Positions 49,644-59,399 of a stretch of 64,000 bases of DNA are shown one piece after another. A program made the translations under genes and the position numbers. The notes under the pieces were generated by a model that was given only the letters and a program-made list of their open reading frames with translations, made no database searches and had not been told where the DNA came from. Source of the DNA: a virus (taxonomy: Duplodnaviria; Caudoviricetes); IMG/VR virus record IMGVR_UViG_3300014204_000120, positions 73,850 through 137,849 of that record. One strand, 5' to 3'. Each line of letters begins with the position of its first letter. Position 1 is the stretch's first letter.

Positions 49644-52409
49644 ATAATGATAACGAAGAAGTAAGTTATGTATCACGAAAGGATTGGATAAGAATAACTG
49701 TATTACCTTATTCAGATTATTTTCCAATTGTTCAAAAAATATTAAGAATAATTGCACCTAAACAAAAAGAAATAACGATTAAAGTATTAAATAAACGTAA
49801 AAGCCAAGCTAAACGTAAAGAAGTTAAAGATTTGTTTAAACTAGTTTTTGATGATGAAGAACAATGTGGATTTGAATTTTTTATGAAAGAAGGTGAATAA
49901 TGGAAATAGGTGATAAAGTTACTTATAAGTCATTTAATAAAATAGAGCATGGTATTGTTAAAAGGTTATCAGATGAAAATCATGCTTTTGTAGTCTATCA
50001 TTGTGCTGGTAATTGGGACCGATACTTTGATTACACTGCAGCTAGAACTGATATACGTGATTTAGTTCCAGGATGGATTAAAGAAGAAAATAATGGAGAA
50101 TAAATTATGAAGTTAAAAAAACAACTAGATATTAAAGATCTTATTAAGAAGAAAAAATATTGTGATTATAGAAAATTACATGAAGTACATTTAACTGATA
50201 GTTATGGTATATGTGATATAATAGGTGGAATTAATGAAATTATTCGTTTTATAAATGGCGAGATAATTCCTTCATTGCAAAATAAAGAAGAAACATTTGA
50301 AACAATTATATTATTAAATAAATTATGTTCTCTTACTGATGGAATAAATAACAAGAATAATCAATTAGAAGCAAAAAATGTTATTAAAGAATTAAAAGAA
50401 ATTATAATGAAAGGATAATTTATGAAACAGATTTTTGTTGCTATTGTAATGTTATTTACTTCTATGCACGTATGGGCTGAAGATACTGTATGTGACTCAT
50501 GTATACCATATATGTACTTAGAAAAACAAAGTGATGTTGGTAAAGGTATTGCTACTGGCGGAATTTTATTCGTGCTTTTAGGACCGATAGGAATATTAGG
50601 AGTTCTTAATAATACTAAATGGGTATCAAATTCAGTATGTATAAACGAAAAGCGTAAGGATTGGTTTGCTGCTTATGATGCAAATACTAATTCAGGAGTT
50701 TATAAATATGCATCAATAGCTGATAGTCTTGTGTATAATCAATTTAAAACCAAAAATGCATTATGTGTAAAGAAACCATGAAAGTCCAAACCATATAAAG
50801 TGAGGAGCCATCATGGCAGGAGATGAGTGGTACTTCGGCCCAAGTGTGGAGTGTAGGATGCCCTTTGCATTGCAGTTGGTATTGTTCGTGGTGGTCGTAT
50901 CAAGCATCACTTGGATGGTTTGGTTTGCCTATAAAGGATAATTTATGAAACTTTTAGATGATTATTTAAAATTAAAAGAAGAAATATTTGATTACTTTGG
51001 TTATAAAGAAGACTGGAAGGTTATACCAATTGATGATGCACGTGAATATTATTGGAGTTTAACAGGTGAAGGTTATGGTGATGAAGTAAAATTTGCTAAA
51101 GATAAAGATAATGTTTTTGAAGGAACTGAAGATGATGGATATTCAAATGAAATATATACAGAAAGATTTCATCGTAAGTGGGTCCATCGAGGTAAAGATT
51201 ATACAATGATTTGTGTTGATACTCATACTGATGGTAATCAGTTCTTACAAATATTTGATAATACAAAAGAAATTAAAGAATAATAAATTACTATGAAAAC
51301 TAAAAAGCATTGGTATTTTATTACAATTCGTAAATGTTGTTTATGTGGTAAAACATATGAATATCGTGAAAGAAGATATACTAAAAAACCAAAAGATAGA
51401 AGTAAATGTATTGATTATAGTAATCAAACAGCTTGTTCAAGTCATTTTATATGATGAATTTAATTAAAAGGAGTTCTAATGAAATGGAAGAATGTGTTAA
51501 TTGATACCATTATTATATTTGTATTAGTATGGGTGAGTTATATTATTTTTACATTACTTAAATTAGAATGGAATAGTAATATATGGTTTACGGGTTATAT
51601 GTGTTCGTGTGTTCATGATATAATAAAATTAATAATTAAAGAAGTTAAAGTACACCATAATAAAGGAGGATATAATGTCAAGTAGCAGTTCAAGTTCATC
51701 AGGTGGTATTGGATTTCTTGGATTACTTACTATTGTTTTTTATTGTGCTTAAATTATTAGGTAAAATCACATGGTCTTGGTTATGGGTTTTAGCGCCAAT
51801 GTGGATACCTATAAGTTTAGCTATAGTAATTTTTATCATTCTTGGTATTTGCTACGTTTGTTTTAAACGATAATATACAACAACTTATAGATCGTGTATG
51901 TTTTTAAATGAATATGAAAGGATAATTTATGAAAACTTTCTATATTATATGTTTACTTGGTTTGTTTGTTCTAATTGGTGAAGTTATGTCTGTGGTTAAA
52001 TGTATTCATTCAGATTGGCTTCCTCCTTATAAACGTGAAATAATCTATGGAGCAGCTGCACTTACTGGATTAGGCGGAATTGTAGGATATTTTAATATTC
52101 AAGATAATAAACCTAATAACATTCAATAATATAAATATTATAATGAACAACAAAATACCAGCTTTGTTAGACGGCGAAGGCGAATTTGATTATACTAATG
52201 TTCGTGTCTGCCCTAAATGTGGTAATATAAATCTATCTATTGATATTACTACAAATAAAACTATATGTACTAAATGCAATGAACAAAGTAACGAAATTAA
52301 AACTGCAAACTTCCAAAAAATTAACGAAGATCTAATAGAAAAAGATAATAAAGAAATAGAACAAGCAATTAAGCAAGGCACTAAAATTTCTATTGAAGGA
52401 TTTAAATGA
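49640..52409 (+). other. Run of small hypothetical ORFs (49640, 49900, 50107, 50422, 50813-50941, 50945, 51293, 51479, 51929, 52143)
   Basis: Track ORFs plus two manually read ones; several are membrane-type. Confidence 0.45.
51675..51873 (+). pseudogene. Frameshifted small phage membrane protein (SSSSGGIGF.GLLTIVFIVLKL...WSW.WVLAP.W type)
   Basis: RBS aggagg; the T6 run at 51736-51741 has one extra T, and removing it restores the full protein. Confidence 0.75.
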
Positions 52410-53023
52410 CAGATAACGATAAATTATTTATTGGTAATGCAATAAGCCACTTAAATAATAAACATATAGAAGTTATATTCTCTAAACAAAATAACGTATA
52501 CCAAGAACACGAAAAAATTAAATGTACTGGTTACTTCGATTGTAAAAATAAAAGTCTAGTCGTTGCAACTGGTTTACCGCAAAAAAACTGGCTACCAGTA
52601 TTTTTACACGAATATTCTCATTTTATACAATGGCTTAATAAAGATAAACTATTTTATAAACTAATTGAAAATAAAAATCTACAAAACTATTTTTGGTATT
52701 GGTTACAAGGTCAAGAAATCAGACCTAAATCTAAAGTTATTGAATCAGCAAGAGCTATTCAAACTATGGAATATGAATGCGAAAAAATTGTATTTAATTT
52801 ACTACAAAAAAATAAACTAAGCATATTATATCAAGATTATGTTAAATATGCTAACATTGATGTATTATTTTATAACGTAGTTTTAAAATATCGTAGATGG
52901 TACGATATACCTCCGCATACAATACAATCTATATTAGATATAATTCCAATTGAACCAATAGATGATATAACTAAGGTAATACCTTTATTTAATGAACTAG
53001 TTCTTAAAAATTGTTTTAAATAA
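52406..53023 (+). CDS. HExxH metallopeptidase-like phage protein
   Basis: GYFD...LVVA...LHEYSHF.QW...E.ECE. Confidence 0.6.
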   Translation: MTDNDKLFIGNAISHLNNKHIEVIFSKQNNVYQEHEKIKCTGYFDCKNKSLVVATGLPQKNWLPVFLHEYSHFIQWLNKDKLFYKLIENKNLQNYFWYWLQGQEIRPKSKVIESARAIQTMEYECEKIVFNLLQKNKLSILYQDYVKYANIDVLFYNVVLKYRRWYDIPPHTIQSILDIIPIEPIDDITKVIPLFNELVLKNCFK

Positions 53024-53026
53024 CTC

Positions 53027-53055
53027 TTGACAAATTAATGGCGTTGATGTATATT
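53027..53055 (+). promoter_or_regulatory. Early sigma70 promoter
   Basis: TTGACA(53027)-N17 ending TGATG-TATATT(53050). Confidence 0.85.
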
Positions 53056-53097
53056 GTTTGAGATGAAACAAAAATCACTCAAACAGAAAGGTTTTAT

Positions 53098-54156
53098 ATG
53101 TCAGCCAATTTGAGTTATAACAAAGATGGAAAAGCGGAAATGTTCAGTGGTTCCGGAATTATACCTTGGCATAAAGAAGGTACGGTAATTTCCGGTCGTG
53201 CAACAGCCAGCGAAGCTTTGAAATTGGCTTCATTGAATTGGACTGTTGAAGGCTTCCCGGTCTTCTACAATAGTAATAATGACAAGTTGTTCAGTCCGGT
53301 TCAAATCCCAAATCAGTTTGTTAATCGCCGCACAGATAAAGACGGGACCGATTCTATTCTTGGGATTGTTGGAAAGAATTATCAGGTCGTGCAGAATGTT
53401 GATTGCTTTGACTTCTTCGATTCAATCATTGAGGCTAATCAGGCAATTTATGAATCTGCCGGTGCTTTGGATAACGGCAGAAAAGTTTGGATCCTCGCGA
53501 AACTCCCTTCACAGATTAAACTTCGTGGTGATGATATTGTTGATAAGTTCGTACTGCTTGCCACTTCACATGATGGTTCAACTAATCTGATGGCAAAAAT
53601 GACTGGTGTTCGTGTTGTGTGTCAGAATACTCTTCGTGCCGCAATGTCTGATAAGAGTGAAACTGTGCGTATCAGGCATAGTACCAATGCAAAGGATAAG
53701 ATTGCTGAGGCTGCTCGTGTTCTTGGATTGGTTAATACTGAGTGGGAGAAGGCAAAAGACCGGTATGAACACCTTACGGAAGTTAAGGTTGATACGATGA
53801 TGGTTGATTATTTCTTGGCTTATGTGCTTCCTTCAGTCGGTGTTAATCCTACACGTGCAACAAATATGCGTCAGGTTATTCAGGAATTGTTTGAAAGCAA
53901 AGGTAAAGGTTGTACGTTTGACAGCAGCAAAGGTACGGCTTGGGGTTTGTATAATGCTGTTACGGAATATATCACCCACGTTAAGACTTATAAAGAAAAT
54001 ACCAGTAAACTTGATGCAATTTGGTTTGGATCCGGAGATTCATTGTCTGGTAAGGCTTTTGAGTGTGCTATGAGCCTTGATAATACCAGCCGCGCAAAAA
54101 TGGAAGACTTGGTTAATACTGAAAAGAAAAAGACGAAGGAATGGGAAAGTCGGTAA
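53098..54156 (+). CDS. DUF932 / TIGR03299-type phage-plasmid protein
   Basis: PWH..G, LNW.V, LG.VG..Y..VQN...F.F, ESAGAL..GRKVW, SHDGS, RVVCQNTL, RH, GTAWGLYNAVTEY..H. Confidence 0.9.
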   Translation: MSANLSYNKDGKAEMFSGSGIIPWHKEGTVISGRATASEALKLASLNWTVEGFPVFYNSNNDKLFSPVQIPNQFVNRRTDKDGTDSILGIVGKNYQVVQNVDCFDFFDSIIEANQAIYESAGALDNGRKVWILAKLPSQIKLRGDDIVDKFVLLATSHDGSTNLMAKMTGVRVVCQNTLRAAMSDKSETVRIRHSTNAKDKIAEAARVLGLVNTEWEKAKDRYEHLTEVKVDTMMVDYFLAYVLPSVGVNPTRATNMRQVIQELFESKGKGCTFDSSKGTAWGLYNAVTEYITHVKTYKENTSKLDAIWFGSGDSLSGKAFECAMSLDNTSRAKMEDLVNTEKKKTKEWESR

Positions 54157-54202
54157 TCCAAAACAACAATAAGAAAGACTAAAAAATAATTTAAAATAAG
54201 CC

Positions 54203-54231
54203 TTGACATATTTAATCCCATGATGTATATT
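54203..54231 (+). promoter_or_regulatory. Early sigma70 promoter
   Basis: TTGACA(54203)-N17 ending TGATG-TATATT(54226). Confidence 0.85.
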
Positions 54232-54252
54232 GTTGTTGTAAGAGGATTAACT

Positions 54253-54387
54253 ATGAAAAAGGTACACTTCAAAGTCATTAAAGGAATATACATACCAAAA
54301 TTTCATGGTGGTAGACCTTCTGTTAAGTTCAAGAATAAGAAGAAATATAATAGGAAGACTAAACATACTAAAGAGGATGAAATATGA
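54253..54387 (+). CDS. 44-aa basic protein with KKKYNRKTKH motif (below the track cutoff)
   Basis: RBS gagga; first ORF after the promoter at 54203. Confidence 0.65.
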   Translation: MKKVHFKVIKGIYIPKFHGGRPSVKFKNKKKYNRKTKHTKEDEI

Positions 54388-54544
54388 CAATACTTTTTTA
54401 TCTGTTTTTAGGTTTAGTCGGCTTGATTGTTGCTTTTAAGTTGATTGGATTGGTATGGGCTTTAATACAAGATTGTGCAGGATTGGTATTCTCATTTATT
54501 GTTATGGGATTGTTTGTATTACTGATTACTTATATCTTTTAGTT

Positions 54545-54772
54545 ATGAAAATTGAAAACAATGATTTATTAAGAGTTGATTATAAAGGTTATATGGAGCC
54601 AATACTTTTGACTGCATGTAAACATCAGGCTACAAAAAGTAATGCTAAAACAAGAAGCAAATATATTAGATGGGCTGTTATTCGGGCTTTAATACAAGAT
54701 GGATATCCGTTAAATAAAATAACAAATAAATTTAATATGTTTTATAAATCAATGGGTTATACAGGGGAATGA
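54545..54772 (+). CDS. Small hypothetical protein, ribbon-helix-helix-like
   Basis: LRVDY...RSKYIRWAVIRAL; probable ATG 54545. Confidence 0.4.
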   Translation: MKIENNDLLRVDYKGYMEPILLTACKHQATKSNAKTRSKYIRWAVIRALIQDGYPLNKITNKFNMFYKSMGYTGE

Positions 54773-54815
54773 CATCATAGGTATAGTTGTGCGACATTTT
54801 CGGGAGCTTTTGATT

Positions 54816-55052
54816 ATGAAATATTGTACTAAGATGGGCTTGTGTGCGTGGCGTAGCCTTCTCAATGGTCGAGCGTCTTGTGTGTCAATGGAGCCGTGTG
54901 AACTGGCGGTGGCTCCCGAAAACGACGCACAACAACTACAAGCCAAAATTGCCGCTCTTGCTAACGAGATTGAGTGCCGCACGCGAGATCAGGTGTCCAT
55001 CAGTCCGTCAATGGTTGTCGAGCGGTTGCGGCAACTATCGGCTGTGCAGTAA
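54816..55052 (+). CDS. Cassette 1 ORF, runs through the attC-like hairpin
   Basis: RBS gggag; ends RLRQLSAVQ. Confidence 0.55.
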   Translation: MKYCTKMGLCAWRSLLNGRASCVSMEPCELAVAPENDAQQLQAKIAALANEIECRTRDQVSISPSMVVERLRQLSAVQ

Positions 55053-55090
55053 ACGTTGTAGTCAATTGATTTTTTGAAAGGAATTTATAT

Positions 55091-55303
55091 ATGCAGATTG
55101 TTTGTCAAACACATGGCGTTGGTGAAGGTGAGGTTCTTTGTTCCGAGTGTGTTAAACTTGTGGAACAAAAAATCAACAGCCTACAACAGCTAAAGGCTGA
55201 AATTGCCTTATTGCTAAATACGTGGGATAACACTACTAAGCAACAGTTTCTTGATACGTGGGTTTTGCGCATTAAGCGACTACGGCAACTGTCAGCCGTT
55301 TAG
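55091..55303 (+). CDS. Cassette 2 ORF, runs through the attC-like hairpin
   Basis: RBS aagga; C..H...C..C; ends RLRQLSAV. Confidence 0.55.
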   Translation: MQIVCQTHGVGEGEVLCSECVKLVEQKINSLQQLKAEIALLLNTWDNTTKQQFLDTWVLRIKRLRQLSAV

Positions 55304-55346
55304 CGGGACGTTGTAGTCAATAACGCCACACGAAAGGCAGTTTAAT

Positions 55347-55586
55347 ATGCGCCGCCGAGACGTTGACAAAGAGTTAGCAGATATACAGCGTACATTAAAT
55401 TTCCGTGGCGATCAGCAGGTAATGGCTGCAACAAATAGTGGTATGAATGAGTTAAAAATGTTGGCATTTAGGATTGGTTGCTGTAGGGTGGCGCTGGACA
55501 CTAAGGAAAGTGTGGCGTTACAGCCTACAACAGCGCCATGCTGCGAGGGCGAAGCGCCACATGCCGAAACCGGCACGTCAGCATAG
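55347..55586 (+). CDS. Cassette 3 ORF, runs through the attC-like hairpin
   Basis: RBS aaagg; stop 8 nt before the GTT core. Confidence 0.5.
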   Translation: MRRRDVDKELADIQRTLNFRGDQQVMAATNSGMNELKMLAFRIGCCRVALDTKESVALQPTTAPCCEGEAPHAETGTSA

Positions 55587-55920
55587 CGCGAACCGTTGGT
55601 GTCAAGCGGCTGCGGCCGAGATTGGGGGTTTCAAGTGAGGATATACCTGAACCGTGGTGAAAAGTTGGCGAAACTAATACTGATGATAAAAGGTTTAAAA
55701 ATCTTGAAGCAACTATAGAACTTGTTAATAAACTTTTATTTGATATATGTCTAGTCTCAAGCAATTCACTATGTCAAGAATTTTCTAAAGTGCGCGCAGG
55801 TAAAGCAGCTAAGCAATTTTTGGAAGATATTAAAGGAATTAATTAATTGGCCATACAGAAACAACATATATTCCTAAAGTTCCTAAATGATGTCTGTTAA
55901 AAATAAAATGGATATACCTC

Positions 55921-55949
55921 TTGACAAATTAATGGACCTGATGTATATT
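55921..55949 (+). promoter_or_regulatory. Early sigma70 promoter
   Basis: TTGACA(55921)-N17 ending TGATG-TATATT(55944); nearly identical to the 53027 copy. Confidence 0.85.
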
Positions 55950-55973
55950 TGATTTATCAAAGGAGAAGTTAAT

Positions 55974-56258
55974 ATGTCAAATGTTCTTGCCATTATTAAA
56001 CAATCAGCAGTTGAAACTTTTCCAAATACACCAAGGTATAAGGCAAGATTCTTGGTAAGGTCTTCAAGTTCAAATAAGAATTATATGGTATCTTATGATG
56101 CTGCTCCTGGTGCCGGTTATTGGACTTGTTCATGTAGAGGTAATATTGCACACGGACAATGTAAACACCTTTCAATTATAGGACTTAAAGGTAGAAAGTA
56201 TGGACATAATCTGCTTTCTAAACAAGAAGTCGAACAACTAAATCAACTTGGTCAATAA
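55974..56258 (+). CDS. SWIM zinc-finger protein
   Basis: V.SSS...Y.V...WTCSC.......CKH. Confidence 0.8.
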   Translation: MSNVLAIIKQSAVETFPNTPRYKARFLVRSSSSNKNYMVSYDAAPGAGYWTCSCRGNIAHGQCKHLSIIGLKGRKYGHNLLSKQEVEQLNQLGQ

Positions 56259-56566
56259 TGAAAACTAAACGTAAATCTATTTGGGATGATAATTATTCGC
56301 CTTATGGAACTTATAAAGGTCCAAAAGGCAATCCTAAACAATGGAAGGATGCATTTGAATTTGTAATGAATGGTACGCAAGCTGCTGAAATTATCCAAAA
56401 TGATTCACCTTGGTCTATTCTAGGCCTTAAGATTGGAGCGACTATAGAAGATATTAAAAATGCCTTTAGAAGGCTTGCTCTAATAAATCATCCGGATAAA
56501 GGTGGAAATTCAAACATTTTTATGAAAATTCGCGCGGCATATGTTATATTAACCAATAACCATTAA
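56258..56566 (+). CDS. J-domain (DnaJ-like) protein
   Basis: PWSILGL...A...DIK.AFRRLA..NHPDKGG....F..I..AY..L. Confidence 0.9.
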   Translation: MKTKRKSIWDDNYSPYGTYKGPKGNPKQWKDAFEFVMNGTQAAEIIQNDSPWSILGLKIGATIEDIKNAFRRLALINHPDKGGNSNIFMKIRAAYVILTNNH

Positions 56567-56582
56567 TGAAAGGGTGTGTTGT

Positions 56583-57431
56583 ATGATTGATTCCTTGAAT
56601 GAGGAACAAGTCAAGATGATGGATGTTTACTGTAAGAAGTTCATTGATATTGGATATTCCACTGAGCCATTTACGCTCGAGGAAGCAATCAATATCATGA
56701 ATCCTTTTTATGAAACTATTCTGAAGCAGGCCAAGCCTGAGCAGGTGTTGGTGTTTCCTTCACCTCTTGCTGTTTGGAGTTATATTCAGAAACAGATTGG
56801 ATCCAATATTGGTTTTGTGTGGCCGTATTTGTCAGGCTCTTTTGATGCAAACATTTTCGCGCTGTATGATTACTGTATTGAGGTTTTGCATATCAATATC
56901 AGTGATGATTTGCTTGAGAAGTATAACATATGGAAACGCACACTGAAACTTGGTTTGATATTTGCTTTTGATGATGTTTGTATTATCAGTGAAAAACCTG
57001 TGGAATATCACAGGAAGAACGGTGTGTTGCATTGTGAAACAGGTCCGGCTATTCGCTTCAAAGATGATTTTTCTTTGTGGATCCTGAATGGTGTTCGTAT
57101 GAAAAAAGAGCATGTAGAAACACCGTGGGATAAAATTGATATCTATAGTGTTATTAAAGAAACCAATCTTGAGGTCCGCAGAGAACTTGTAAGAAAAGTC
57201 GGCATGGAAAGATTGATTACGGAACTCGGTGCAACGACAATCGATCAAGAAGGTGACTACGAACTGCTTGAACTGAATATTGGTGATGGCAATCGTAGGC
57301 CTTATCTTAAAATGAAAAATCCCAGTATTGGAGTGTGGCATGTGGAAGGAGTGCCGCCTAATACTAAGACTGTGAAGGAAGCATTGGTTTTCCGTAATGG
57401 TACTGATGAAGAGCCCGATTTTTTGAGCTAA
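56583..57431 (+). CDS. DUF6745-like protein
   Basis: ISEKP......G.LH...GPAIRF.D.F.L....GV; N.EVRR.....G.ER; PS.....EGVPP...TV.EA; probable ATG 56583. Confidence 0.7.
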   Translation: MIDSLNEEQVKMMDVYCKKFIDIGYSTEPFTLEEAINIMNPFYETILKQAKPEQVLVFPSPLAVWSYIQKQIGSNIGFVWPYLSGSFDANIFALYDYCIEVLHINISDDLLEKYNIWKRTLKLGLIFAFDDVCIISEKPVEYHRKNGVLHCETGPAIRFKDDFSLWILNGVRMKKEHVETPWDKIDIYSVIKETNLEVRRELVRKVGMERLITELGATTIDQEGDYELLELNIGDGNRRPYLKMKNPSIGVWHVEGVPPNTKTVKEALVFRNGTDEEPDFLS

Positions 57432-57482
57432 GCAATATAAATAACAATAAACTGAGGTTTTCACTTTATTCAAGGAGGTTGT

Positions 57483-57794
57483 ATGTTGATTCAGCAGGGT
57501 GATGTGTTGCTTCGTGCCGTTAAGAGTATGCCAAAGGGTAAGAAAGTTGAACGTAAGGCACGCGGCTATGTGCTGGCAGAAGGTGAAGTAACAGGCCATG
57601 CGCATGTGATTGAGGATGAAATTGACCTGATTCTTGATGAGGCTTCCGGTAAGATGTTCATGACAAATGCCGAAGAAGTCACAGTCAAGCATGAGGAACA
57701 TCATCATGTCAATGTTCCTGCTGGTATTTGGGAAGTTGGCATTGTGAAGGAATACGACCACTTCGCAGAGGAAGCCAAGAACGTTGCAGACTAA
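57483..57794 (+). CDS. Conserved His-rich partner of DUF6745-like proteins
   Basis: QQGDVL, LAEGEVTGHAH, HEEH, G.W.V....EYD; RBS aaggagg. Confidence 0.75.
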   Translation: MLIQQGDVLLRAVKSMPKGKKVERKARGYVLAEGEVTGHAHVIEDEIDLILDEASGKMFMTNAEEVTVKHEEHHHVNVPAGIWEVGIVKEYDHFAEEAKNVAD

Positions 57795-57822
57795 GTAACA
57801 AAGCATTATTTTTGGTTGTATG

Positions 57823-57862
57823 ATATGCAGTGTTTTCTAATCCAAAACACTGCATATTTTTT
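57823..57862 (+). terminator. Rho-independent terminator
   Basis: atatgcagtgtttt-ctaatcc-aaaacactgcatat-ttttt. Confidence 0.85.
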
Positions 57863-59122
57863 AAGAAAACAATATGAAACTAATTGATTTAAGAAACAAA
57901 TCAATGAAACTAAGTAAATTAAAAAAAGAGTTAGAACTTAAGTTTCAAATAACTGATAGAGTCAGGTTTAAAGTAGAGTCTTTAAGGTATCCATTCAGCA
58001 CTCAATTTATTTTACAAGTTTGGTTTTATTTTAATTTACGAGTTTGGTCTCATGTTATGTTTCAGATACATCATAAAATTCAGGACCAAGTAAATGAAAC
58101 TAAGTGAATTAAAATATATAAAAAATAAGTCGTTTCAAGTAGAACAACAAATTAATATTGACATAAGTTCTAAAGTTATAAATGGTATTACTTGCCGTTT
58201 TTATAATGTACATTTTTATAAAGAATGGCAACAATTTGAATTTCGTGTTGGTGATGAAGTACTGAGTCAACTCATAGAGATTTTTTACTTGGAACCAATC
58301 AAATGAAATTAATCGAACTAAAAGACATTGCAAAAAATTATTTTGATTTTATCTATATATCATTACCATCTAAATATGCAAATATAGATTTCCAATTATG
58401 GAACAATCTTAACTCTCAATTCTATTCTGATTTATGTTTAAGCAAAATTCATACTCAGATTTCTGGTATTATATATTCACAAGTCATGTTACAAATGAAA
58501 AGAAATATAAGAATAGAATCATGAAACTAACTAAAATAAAAAATAGGTATCAAGTCAATTTCTCAAGTCTATTTTATTCTCAATTAGATTCTCAAGTTAA
58601 ATCTCAAGTCAGTTCTAATGTTATAGTTCAAGTTATGTCTTATGTCGTGGATCAAGTCGATTCTCAAGTCGTCTGGTCTCAATTTCGGGATCAAATCAAT
58701 GAAACTAAATGAAATAGAAACAAGATGTAATATTGATTATCAAGTTAATTCATATAAATTTTCTAATGTTATGGTTGAAATGCACGATAGCATCCATTCT
58801 AAAATTCATTATTATGTTCTATATTTAGTAAATGAAATTAATGATAGAAATGGGATCAAATAAATGAAACTAAGTAAAATAAACAATGATCAAGTTTGGT
58901 CTCAAGTCAAATCTCAAGTCTTTTATCATAAATTTTCAACATTATCTTTTAATATTGAAACATTTAATATTAGAACAGATATAAATTATAAAATTAACAT
59001 GCTTCTTAATAAATGGATATTATATAATGCAAAACAATTCTTACTATATAGACATAGTACTAATTTAAATAAAGAAATACTTTGTGAAGGAATACACAAT
59101 ACTTTAACTAATAAGGGATAAT

Positions 59123-59338
59123 ATGGAACATCTAAAATCCTTCTCAATGGGTATGATTTATCTAATCTCAATTATAATTATGTTTATTATATTTAAACCT
59201 ACAGTAAAACATACATCTATAATAACAACCCATAATATCCATACAATAACTTATCAAGATACCTTATGGGTTTTAATACCTTTAGATGCTTCAGCTATGG
59301 TTAAACATCCAAAATACAAACCATTCTATTTTAAATAA
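59123..59338 (+). CDS. Small membrane protein
   Basis: One hydrophobic segment. Confidence 0.5.
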   Translation: MEHLKSFSMGMIYLISIIIMFIIFKPTVKHTSIITTHNIHTITYQDTLWVLIPLDASAMVKHPKYKPFYFK

Positions 59339-59342
59339 GACC

Positions 59343-59371
59343 TTGACATTTTTATTGCCATGATGTATATT
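59343..59371 (+). promoter_or_regulatory. Early sigma70 promoter
   Basis: TTGACA(59343)-N17 ending TGATG-TATATT(59366). Confidence 0.85.
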
Positions 59372-59399
59372 CTTTATAACCTTAACAAAGAAGGTCTTT

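Larger units (their letters stand above)
54786..55601 (+). mobile_element. Integron-type gene-cassette array (three attC-like sites, no integrase in the window)
   Basis: GC-rich island; imperfect hairpins at 54927-55061, 55181-55316 and 55525-55601 bounded by ..CAAC and GTTG..; each cassette's 5' GTT core is the reverse complement of its own ..CAAC core. Confidence 0.7.

Noticed and set aside
51675-51710. Seventh member of the SNSSSSS family
   Set aside because: It has poly-Ser only, lacks KIRxGFVSN, and belongs to a different membrane-protein family
53246-54073. Alternative-frame + strand ORFs inside DUF932
   Set aside because: By-products of the higher local GC content; no RBS or motifs
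56832-57806. 324-aa minus-strand ORF
   Set aside because: It is a codon-aligned shadow of two + strand genes that lack in-frame TTA/CTA/TCA codons, and it has no recognisable motifs. The other short minus-strand track ORFs were rejected as shadows too
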